In this document: positions 53,289 through 64,000 of the stretch, in pieces
Layout: each line of letters begins with the position of its first letter
Position numbering within the stretch: position 1 is the first letter of the stretch
Source: Catajapyx aquilonaris
Lineage: Eukaryota
NCBI GenBank assembly: GCA_000934665.2
Contig: KZ537963.1
Location: forward strand, 1-64,000
Direction: 5' to 3'
DNA length: 64,000 bases
Notes under the pieces: generated by a model
What the model saw: only the letters and a program-made list of their open reading frames with translations
What the model was told of the DNA's origin: nothing
Databases searched by the model: none
Position numbers and translations under genes: made by a program

Positions 53289-54978
53289 CGATCCTGCCAA
53301 TTTTGATTTAGAGGTGATATTTCCCGTTTAAAGGTGACCACGGCAGCTCCCATCTCAGCACGTCACCTCTAAACCTGTGTCACCTTAAAATCCTCCTGTC
53401 ATTGTCCCCTATACATTGACGTCACCTTTATTGATGCGGAAATTACTTCCTCCTGTCACCTTTATTCAACGAATCCCCTATAATTCCCTACTGCCGCATT
53501 ACGGATCACCTTTAAAACAACTCTAAAGGGGATATTAAAGGTGACCGGACTAAGAGTGTAGGGTGGTGCACTGACCAAGTACACGACTTCAAGAAAGAGG
53601 AAAAAAAAAGATTGTTGACTCCTTATGGAGACAAGTGCACAATTTTTATTCATGATGGTGCATACTAAAATGCACCTGATGCATAAAAATATTCGCCAAG
53701 TTGCATAATTGCAGGCTACAGATTATGAAATGCGCGCATAAAATTCATTCGAATTATGAATAATTTTATGCACACGCACAAGTGTGAATTTTGTGCATTT
53801 GGAGTGCAAATAAAGCGCAAATCAGGACAAGTGAAAATTAGTGATGAAAATTCACTAATAACTATTACATGTGCTAAATAGCACCTACATGCTGCTAAAT
53901 TTATAGACAGTGGAAAAATTAAGCTTCATTATGTTTTTCACTTTCTCTATATTATGCAGTATCACTGACGTATGTGCAGAAACTCGTTGTATAATCAATT
54001 TTCCTAAGTTAATTTTGCGCTGATGTTGACTTGGTGTTGACTCCAGGTGTGACGCAGGTTTATGAAAGTGATAAGGTCCCCTTTCCCTGAGCAAAATCTA
54101 GTTTCAGGTGGTGGTTAATCGGACTAGTTCCTTCCTTCTTCACACCCCCCGGAACGTCGCAGGGGGGAAAGACCAACGGCTAATTTAACAAGGGGATCGC
54201 ATTAGAGGAGGAGGCTGCCTTGGGATGAGGCAAACAGGAAGAGCAATTAGATGGACTTGTCACTCCACCGCCTATTAACACGTCCAAGTAGATGAGCTGT
54301 AATAAGATAAGCAAGGGTGTGGGGGGGGGGGGGGCCCCNCTTTCCCTTGCTGCTCCAATCTTCCTGGCGACTGTTTCGAGTGTCTTGGCCGAATTATGTC
54401 GGGGACTGGATTTGCTTCATAACCGAGTCGCCGCTTACTTGCTACATGCAAATTGGAGGGAAGCCTGTAGCGTCCTTTGCCTTTGCTTAATACAGACATA
54501 CGCTGAGTCGCTGAGGGGTTTCCACGAGGTTCAAATATGGTGAGGGAATGACAAACTGGAGGTAGATAAATGTGTTGTTTTAAATTATTAATAATTTTCG
54601 GTAGAAAAGTTTTGATTAAAAAGAAAACCTAAAGTTCAGAACAATAGTCGTAATGCAATTTTCAGATGAGCATTTGAAGCCCTATAGTGTGCAAAAAAAA
54701 AAATCAGGCATATTTCTAAAAAACTGCAGCAAAACCTGCTCTGCTGGCAAATACACAGCATGTAACTTATAATTTGGATAAAATAATTTGAACTTCAGTT
54801 CTTCATAATTATCAAGCCTGGAGGTACATTTTACTGTAATCGATAAAGTAGCTCAATAATCAATGCTTCAGTAAATGTGCTCAATTCGTGCAAAATTCAC
54901 CACGAAACTAACTCAAGAAGTGCCAGGATTTTTTTCCCAGTTATTTGGATCCAATCCCTAACCAGCTTCTTCTGGTGG

Positions 54979-55635
54979 AATTACCCGCGAGTCAGATGTC
55001 GTGATCAGCAGACTGTGGTGAAAACCCTATAATAATTTCGCCAAAAATTTGAAGGAAAATCTTTACGCCCGACCGAATCCGATGAGTGAAATATTAAACG
55101 TGGGAATGTGTCATCACGAGATGGGGCATTATTACACCAGTTTCAGGTCTATTAGGGAGCAAATCCCATTTTAGAGAAGGTTCAAAGTGGCGGTAGCAAT
55201 ATCTCCTTATTGCGAAAGGGAAGCATGCTCGAGAAGGTGGAAAATTGAAGGTTTTTGGTTCTTGGCAAATCCTGAGAAAATTACCCTAGGGAGATAATCG
55301 TGTTTAGTGGCATGATTGTCCCCACATCCAACCGAATGAAGCCAAAAGCAGCGTCTCTCCCTCCTTTCTCTATAATATATTACTCAAACTGCCAACAATA
55401 AAGCCTCTCCCAGGTGTTGCATTCAAACGACACTTATCGCCTGTCTATTCATGAGTGCGGGGCATGCATTGGCGGGCAAACTTGGAGAATTACCCTGGAG
55501 GCCGGCTGGTTCATTTTTCATTCATGAATTACGGCAGCAATCTGCCGGAATTACCAGGGTCATTTCGGGTAAATGGCCATAGGATTGTAACTTCCATTAC
55601 CCTAGGAGATGAATGAGTTCAAAATTTACCCAGGG
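54979..55635. promoter_or_regulatory. Candidate enhancer: homotypic ATTACCCTRGG-like cluster plus one Su(H)-consensus site
   Basis: AATTACCCG 54979, AATTACCCTAGGGA 55279, AATTACCCTGGAG 55488, AATTACCAGGGT 55549, ATTACCCTAGGAG 55596, ATTTACCCAGGG 55624, and CGTGGGAA at 55099. Confidence 0.35.
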
Positions 55636-57940
55636 CTTGTATACTGGTAGTGGGAAAAGGTGTGATATATGCCAACGGCGTGTTTTTATCTCGTTTTCCA
55701 AACACTCAGAATGGATTTTATCAGCCCCTGTTTTGCACACTGAAGCCATGGTTTAGGAAGAAAGAAAGAAAAAAAAAAGTAGCGCATTGGCGTCGCCATT
55801 ACTTTTCCTTGGAAACGAGCCGCCTTTGAAAATAACGGTTACACTAGTCGACAACGTAAGATGATAGTTACACTGATTTCCAACCCATCTCCTTTTCCTT
55901 TTCCCTATATAGCGACATAGTCGCAGGCAAATTTCGAGGAAAACCTGCAATAACACGCCTGTATAACCACCAAGCCGTGCAGTAAGAGGCTATGAAATTC
56001 AATTCCTTCCCATGGAGTTTGGATTCGCATGCGGAAATTTTCCGGCTTGCCGACCCTCCATATCCCGCAGAAACAGCCCCCCCCCCCCCTTTCCCTCAAC
56101 TTCCACCTACTTTCCTTCAATCCCCCTCTCTCCTTGAATCGAGCAGCACCAAGATGGATATGCTTGGAAATTCACAATGCACTCTGTACGTCACAATCCA
56201 AGGTGACACACTTGTCAGGAGACAGAGGCGAACATTTTGGAGCCAAATCATGCTGCGAATTTTGCTGAGGTAGAAATATTTTACTCGCGCGGTTTCACAG
56301 GCTAGTAGTTTACTCGGGGGGGCAACTGCAAAATGTAATGTTTGTCCACTGAGAACAGTGGTGTGAACAAGAAGTTACGAGTCGGCTCAACACTTAGCAC
56401 CATGGGGGCTAAATAAAATTTGATTCGCATGGGGGTGTAGTCGCGCGCTCTTTTTTATTTACAAAGAGGCCAGCAACTGCAGTTATAAAGCTCGTAAACA
56501 CCCATTTTCCGAACAGGGCAGTAAATATCATGTGTAAGGGAGGCGCATAGCGTCCACCCAAAAAATACATTAACCGAATTACGAGCAACACTCGGATATT
56601 AACGATGCTGCAAAGATGTCCACTCTGGGATGGTGTTCAATGCTACTTATTGACATGTCGTTAATTCAGAATATGCTCGTTAATTCGATTCCCTAAATCA
56701 AAAAGTGTTTATTTTTTTGTTATACTGTATATAATTAACCACGTATAGGCAATGAGTGAGAATTGTTCACTCCAACAATAACCAATGAAGTTAACAATTT
56801 AAAAGTTTATTATTTAACCAAAGAGTTAGGCAATGCATCACAATGCCTGTCCATGTATACTTTTTAGCAAATTAGATTTTAAATAAATTGATGGCATTAC
56901 CTACCCTGCCCTTTTCGGCACTGCACATTTTTTTAATTTTAAAAATTCCCTGCAGCGCTCAGTACATCGCGTGGTGATAGCGACGCGGACATAAAAATGC
57001 GGGAAATGAATGGCTGCCGTGTTTTTCACATCATCAGTTCCCTTAAAAATTGAGTTATCAAAGTAAACAAAGCGCCCCGTCACGATTATATGCTCCAAAA
57101 AAAAGTATATTTATAAATTCGCGCACTATCTCGCACGACGTCAGCAATTGCTGGCGGATTTATGAGAGCCAGACAAGGCTGAGATTAAGTGCTTCCTGAG
57201 GGCGTAAATCTAATGCCATGTCTAAATGAATTGTCGTGACGTAACACACTATATTGAAAATGGGTGGTGCAAAAAAAAATATATCGTGTCCAGCCGAATT
57301 TTTCATCTGTTTTGAAACGCGGTACGATAATATCGGCCTGATTTATTACAGTTAAATTATATACTGTATAGGTGAGGATAACCTTTTCGAGAAACCAGGT
57401 TTTTCTCCACTTTGCCGAAAAGCAAACCCATCGGCCACTTTTTTTTTGGGAAGGGGGTAAGGTTGGTTCCCAATCGCAACCCTACGCTTCTTACAGTATC
57501 AATAAAAGATGGGCCCTCCTGAGCAAAGAGCCAGGCCAAACAAATATCCCGTCATCCAAAAAGTAAGAGAAACGTTTTCTAAAACAACCCCCAAGTCGCA
57601 AGAGAGCAGGCGTCTCAACTTGGCTCAAACTCCCAGATTGTTTATCTTTCTTCTCCTTTTTCCCTCCCACTCTTCTTTTCCCCCCCTTTTTTTAGGTAAA
57701 CCTCCCCCTCCCCCCTCCTGCCCAACCCACTCCATCAGCTTTCCTCCCATTTCGATCCTTATTTTTACGCTCCATCCAACCCTCGTCGTTGATCTACGAC
57801 AAGTACTATTTCTCCTGGCTAAACAAACAAGCTCTGCTCATTTATTCAAATAAAATTTTCCCGAGGATCCAGGAAACAATCATGTGAAATTGGCTTCCTC
57901 TAATGAAGGCCAGATAACTTTGCAACAATGATTGGTTACA

Positions 57941-58327
57941 CTAGTCCATAACCAAAGTACAATATTGGCAACTCACGTGAGCATGATTCGAGTAGACTTT
58001 TTTTCTCATTGGGCAGTGGGAAATGAGGCTGACAACAACCCGACATGACATGGTGCGATTTTAATTGACATTATTAAAATGTTGTCAGCCTCATTTCCCG
58101 TTTCCAAGTAACCCAATTTAAAGGGTAATCTGGCTGTAAATTGACCTTGGCGCATATTGTGAATCCGGAAAAACCGTAAGTTGACAATGGAACCTATTTT
58201 GATCACGCTTAATACGAATCCGAAAACCGTCTGTCGCTATCTCTTGCGGTTTAGGCCCTGATATCTGTCCACAGACAGACAGACAGACAGACATACAGAC
58301 AGAGCCTTTCTACTATATACTAGTAGA
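57941..58327 (-). mobile_element. Helitron/HINE-like remnant with (GTCT)n microsatellite; low-coordinate boundary uncertain
   Basis: The minus-strand 5' end TCTACTAGTATATAGTAGAAAGGCTCTGTCTG resembles the 5' end of the 17625-17865 element (TCTTACTTAATAAAGCAGAAAGTTCGTCTG). It is followed by (ACAG)n at 58271-58303, typical of insect non-autonomous Helitrons/DINE-like elements. A candidate CTAG end lies at 57941 with only a weak hairpin. Confidence 0.5.
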
Positions 58328-61300
58328 ACTAGTCGACTTTTTTCGATGAGAAAAAGTCTAAAAGTTGACAATAACTGCTGGAAATATCAAAAATCCTAAT
58401 TTGATTCACTGCGTATCTCCCAGAGAAAACGGGGAAGGTGAAGATTTTTTTCTTTCTTTTCCAGATTGGTATATATCGGATAGAGGCGTCTGAGGCATTG
58501 GGTTTGTTGTGTGTGTCGGTGGTCCTTTGGCAGTTTAGTGAGACTGGGTCTGAGCCCCGGAGTGATGAGTCAACGTCTCCAGACGCGTCCGAGCGGAGAT
58601 CATTATTACGGGCACGGGAGCGGAAAAAGGGGCTTTTCCAGCCTCCTCCCTCACTATCGCGATAGTATTTGTTTCCTCTTCCCCCCCCCCCCAACCCCCA
58701 CTCCACCTCTTCTGGTTGGCTGTCCTGGACATCCAGGTGGATATAAATCCGGGTCTCCCAGACGGACGCCCCCACTGTGTCCCAGAACGTGACAAATACT
58801 CTCATTCTACCTAGGCAACCAGTTCTGTAATGTAGAACAAATCAACTAAAATTCAGCATCATACTTCTACTAATCCCCTTATTCTCTCCGTCTGCTTATA
58901 ATTATATGTCCGTGTTGACACATCGCCTAGGTAGTAGTTGCCATTATTTCACTTTCTCAGTTCAACTATTAGAGGCCATAAAGCGGTCAGAGAGGGTGGG
59001 ACCCACTTCAATGCTGGTTATAGCACCCGGGTGGGCTTTGTCCACGTTGGTGACTCATCACCAACGTGCATGTAGTACTACTTTCCCCATGAGAGCAGCA
59101 GCAGTGTGCAGAGGGAGAACCTATGCTCCAACTGGTATAGGGGCCTATATGTACTACTTCCAAGTGGGGGTGGGCAAGCAGCAGTGTTGCCAGAATTTGT
59201 CAACGAGTCCGCTACTAGTTTAGTTAGAAACACTGGTTGCAGCAACTGTCCAATGCACAACAGAAATGCGTGTCATTAGAAGAGCTTTAAGTCGGGGCAT
59301 TGATAATGAGAGAGCTAGTGAGTTGAGCGGCGCCGGGTTGAGCTTTCTGGCATCCTAGACGGGAAGTGAGTCGCTTGGATTTGCAACCAAACAGCAGTGA
59401 AAACAGGACCCCAACCCCTGCGGCATGCTGCTGCTGTGTAGGGCCCAACTGACAAGTCAGAAAACGAAAGCAAGCACATAGCTATTCCGAGGGAACAATA
59501 AAATCCGCGGGGAACTCTCATAAAACAGTCGTTTGTCTTATCCCCAAGTCGACAAAAGGCCATGAGATCCGCATAAAAATATATTCCTATCCGTTTTCTG
59601 ACTCCATTACCAAGTCACAATGGGGGGAATCAGAGTTGCAAATGCTAAATCGTCATTACCCCTCCGTTAACAACATGTCAGCTTCCAACCGGAAGACCTG
59701 TCGTTATTCCACTTCTTGCATTTCGAGTCCAACCCGGAATAAAGAATCCGGTATGAAACCAAAACTGCAAAATGGCCAAGGGTTGGTGTGGAATAAATGT
59801 CAGATGTAACTAGAGTCCGTCGTGAATAATTCTAACCTCATTTCGATGTCATATCCATCGCCTTTTAACATTTTGTCTGTGAATTTTATGAGAAACTTTG
59901 CGCTAAAAGTGGCATTTACAACTACAGCCTAGTTATCTTGCTGGAAGATGCTATACATTTTCTATTCCATTTGGGCAATATGAAAATTACAAAATAGTAT
60001 AAAAAGCTGCGGAATAATCACTGCAGGAGATAACACTTGAAGAGTTAATGATAGAACTTGTCAGCTTCAAATAATAAATAGTAAAGGACCGATTTACTAT
60101 TATTCCTTTGAGACCTTCACCTCGTGTATAGCGATGTGGAATTTTTCTGTTAACTCAGGCTTCAGGGCGGGTTCTCTCTGCCGTCAAAGGGCATAAGTGG
60201 AAAAGTTCTACAACTTTCATCTTCGGTTACTGATATTAGTTTTTCCCCTGTGCAGACTTAGCCCTTAGGCATATAGCGAAAAGCAAAGCCACATTAAAAA
60301 ACATCGCAACTTTATACACGTACTCTAATATTGTGTAATTTTTATTATTTTGTAGGCGCTACTAAAGCATTAAATGAACACTTCACACACTCCATCTTCT
60401 AATGATAAATGTGAGAGACTGTTAATAATTGAACAATGGCAATATCGGATGATCAGCTGCAGTCTCCCCCAAACCCGGTCCAGTTAGCCCAGTACTTTTG
60501 TGGACACTACCTATACGGTCCTTGCACAGAATCAACAAACCTCGATTGAGATTATTATTAGCCCCCAGCATTTGCCACATGCTAAATGAAGCAGCTCTCC
60601 CCCCCTACATAATGTGTACAAATATTGCCCACGGCTATTTAACATGGAACGGCAAAGAGACGATTCAAATTATTTCCTATCCCATACAATTTAAAAAAAA
60701 AATCAAAATCTCATCACTCTGATATCTGTTTGAAATTGACATTCCTGAGGGCTCGAACTTGGGAAATAAATAAGGATTTGCTATCAAGGCTCTGGCTTTA
60801 AGTCACTGTTTTTAAGCCCAAGCCTTCTCCTCTTTTGTGAGAATAAACCTTCCGAGCCATTTGACAAGCCTGCGCGAAGCCCACCCATTCCTTCGGGCAT
60901 AGAGTTTTTCCCTTGACGCTGCCAGCTACTGTTTATTAGCCACCGGAAACCTTCTTCATCCCTGGGAAGGCCATGCCCACCAGCCCGTATTTCAAAAAGA
61001 GAAGAGAGAGCTAGAGAGAAGAGAAGGGGGGAATCCTAAACATGCGCATTTATCTACCGCCCCTTTTCTCTTCTCCCCAAAAACTCTAACCCAACAAGAG
61101 CTAGCTAAAGGCCCCTGAAAAATGAGGCCCGGAATTAAAGCGACATGAGAATGGCTTTCTGGAGCCCTGTGACCTCGATGACTTGCGAAGCCAAAGTATG
61201 ACTATGAAAACGGCGTCTGTATACTAGCAACCAAGTAAAGGCTACAAATTATTTCAAATAGTCGCGGAAGCAAATTCGTCAAAAATTTACTGCTCAACAA

Positions 61301-64000
61301 TCATTGACACGTCAAAAAACACGGTAGCTGCGAATAACCACAATAGACGCGCCAAAAGGACATCAGATGTACTGAAAGATTAACGATCAAACAGAAAAGA
61401 CAAGCTGTAAGAATGAAAGGCTGTCGACACTTTCGGGGTGAAGTCAAAGCGGTCCAAAAAAATGGGGGACTAAACTATGCCTTTTCGGCAACATGCTTCT
61501 CTCGCCAACATTTCATGACGTGCAACTCAGATGTCACAGGGACACCATTTGTCATTATTCTTGGCCAGGACTCAAAAAAGAAAAACTTGGGAGGGGCTGA
61601 GTCATCCACACACACAAAAAAAGTCCGCACACTTGTCACCCGACATTTCAACACAACACAATATTTTTCATTGCATAATTTCCTCCGCAAAAATAATTAC
61701 GGCGCCCCTACAATTCGACAAAAAAAAGTTGACAAAACAGGCGCCACTTGCTGCAAAGTAATCAAGTTAACCTTTACACGCCTGGCAAATTTTTTAGCCC
61801 TCTGGGTGTTTCTGTATGCTCTTTACCTTACGCACCAGACACAAAAAAAATTGCCAGCATAATTAACAAGCAAACGACTCTAACGCGACGCTAATCAGCA
61901 GCAAGACTTTCGCACCGAGATCAAGGGCCATCTATTAGGCAAACACAGGGCCAAACAAGTTAAAGTAGCCTTTATTTGTGTGCACAGCTCGGCGTGTTTG
62001 TTCTCATCCAAAGAGAGGTTGTCAATCAGTCTAGTCCACTGGGAGTTGGCGATAATTTTTTTTGAAGCTTCTGTCTGCAAATAGGTGCCATGCTTAAATA
62101 ACTGTGAACATCGCTATGCTGCTCGGATGGCTGCTCTTTTCATGGTGCTTGCTACTGCAGGGATTGTGGTCAAGTTTGGCTAAACACACTTAAAGCTAGA
62201 CGGCGATTTTCGACCAAGTGATCACCGCTATTCGTAGCGGTTACATTTGGGAACGGCTAACGGATAGCATCCTGGATTTATTGGTAGGGGTCGCCCCGAT
62301 CTCATTTTTTGAAGGTTGTAAGGCTCATCTGAGATGATCGATCTGCGGATCTTGTCCACGGCCAATTCCCTGTCATCCGTTCCTCTATCGGCTTCTATCG
62401 CGCACGTCAAACCTCCCACAAAGGAAACAGAAGCCTCCCCCAGCTCTTACCCTCTCCACATCATGCCAATCCTCCAAAGAGAATAGCGAATCAAGGGGGG
62501 ACTTTGGTAAACACGTAAATAAGTTACGTACCACCAACTTAAGCATATGTACCCAGCACATTAATACCTCTTTTGTGTTTCAAAATATATGGCTGTTATA
62601 TTCAGTAATTTCCTGCGGGTCTGAATTATGCAGAGATGATGGTGGCCACCGTTTCAAGTCATGTTACACTGTAAAGTCTGGTTCTGGCGGGCTTCAAACG
62701 CATCTCTCTGGCAACATTGGGGGGAGAGAAAGAAAAGGTGCGTCAATTATTAAAGGCCCTCTAGTTCGCCAGAGACATCGGCTTGGGAATAGGTTTGTTT
62801 CAAGCTGCGGCTGCCGGCAAGCATCCCCACAGTATAAGTTATAGGAGAGGGTTGGTTGGGGAGGAGGAAATACAGAAACTGCGGGGACACGATTTCTTCC
62901 CAGAGAAGCAGACCTCTATTATTCTGAGAAAGCCGCCACTTCTGTGTGTTGAATTTACAAAGGAAAGGCCATAATTATATCAGAGCCTGCTACGGTTTAC
63001 CTTAGACGCTGCAGAATTATGGAGCAGGAGGCGGAAGTTATCAATTCGGAATATGTCACATAGAAGAACGGTCTACATTACTAGTTTCTACATGTGTTAA
63101 TAACTCTAAATTAACGAGTTTAATGCGGCCTACGCGGTCGTTCATGGGTAGCCAATTTGCAGTGTATTTGCACAAAAAATCCGTGTAACAATGAGTGGCA
63201 TCAACGGAATTCTTTTGAATTCAAAGAGCCAGTGTTTACTCCCGCCAAATACAGCTGACCCGTAAAGTCAGTTGGATTTACGCTCACTTCCTAAGCAAAG
63301 AACAATGACTTTTTAATCGAGTCGCTAAAAGACAGAGCAGGGTGACAAACAACAGGTTATTAAAAATGTCCCGGCTCACAAAATAGTTCAATGCAAAATT
63401 ACAGGACCTCTCCCGCACTGCAGCCCCCATCAATCGTCTAATAGATATCATCACAAATGCATAATGAGAACTGCATAGGCCTGCCCCTGTAAAGCCCGAA
63501 TGATCTGATACTGCAAGGTAATTAATTTTTATGCAACCTTTGCTAACTGCATTAATTTTGTCATTAGTCCGGGGCACTGTACGGACCTATCTTGTTACTA
63601 TGGTCCACTCATACGTGGTGATCACGTGGACTTTTTGTTTCGAAAAACCGGGAAATATTATCGACCTCTATAATATGATGTTCCATCATCCAACACACGC
63701 TGACTAATATATCTGTTACCCCAACTAGCCGCATCAATATGGAATGAGGTGACGGACACGCCGTAATTAAAACTAGCCTTTTCACGGCCCCCTGTTCTGT
63801 AATTGGCTGCAACATTTTTTTAAAAGGCGGAATAGAATTGGGGCCCGTGTAATCCACGAATTATCATTAGAGGCGTATGCACTGTCACAAACGGACATGG
63901 CCAAGTTTCTACTGGCATGATAAGGCTAGGCAATCACTAATAATTAACGCGGGCTAGAAAACCCATTGCATGTCTTTACTGCCCTGGCTTATAGACGTTA

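Larger units (their letters stand above)
52512..53558. mobile_element. Non-autonomous CACTA/EnSpm(CMC)-like DNA transposon, 1047 bp
   Basis: 25-bp TIRs CACTCTTAGCCCGGTCACCTTTATT (52512-52536) and the reverse complement of 53534-53558 match at 23/25. TA flanks both ends (52510-11, 53559-60). More than 12 subterminal GTCACCTTT/AAAGGTGAC-like motifs occur in both orientations at both ends. No transposase ORF. Superfamily assigned from CAC-start termini, a 2-bp TSD and subterminal repeats. Confidence 0.8.

Overview
Eukaryotic genomic DNA, most likely from an arthropod (inferred from the receptor family, short GT-AG introns and insect-type Helitron/MITE remnants; the species cannot be determined). 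It is a draft assembly with one 35-N gap. About 85% of the window is non-coding. The only protein-coding genes I can support are four tandem + strand paralogues of the gustatory-receptor (Gr, 7TM chemoreceptor ion-channel) family at ~41.0-49.5 kb. All four share one structure: a long exon ending L(P/Q)RE, a phase-0 intron, an invariant 156-nt exon, a second phase-0 intron, and a last exon carrying the TM7 motif TYLIxxAQF. Copies 1-3 are intact (~409, 407, 401 aa). Copy 4 has a net 11-nt frameshifting deletion and probably a second +1 lesion in its tail. Unusual traits of this Gr clade are a Cys-rich C-terminal tail with a conserved N-x-T sequon, a non-canonical (S/W)AW(F/L)FxxRxG motif before TM7, and an apparently conserved 5'-UTR intron. 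The window also holds a 1047-bp CACTA/EnSpm-like non-autonomous transposon with an internal promoter-like motif cluster, a fold-back Tc1/mariner-like MITE, two Helitron-like elements, microsatellites and a homotypic motif cluster resembling an enhancer. I do not see evidence for a wholly new multi-gene system. The most novel-looking item is the lineage-specific Gr subfamily itself.
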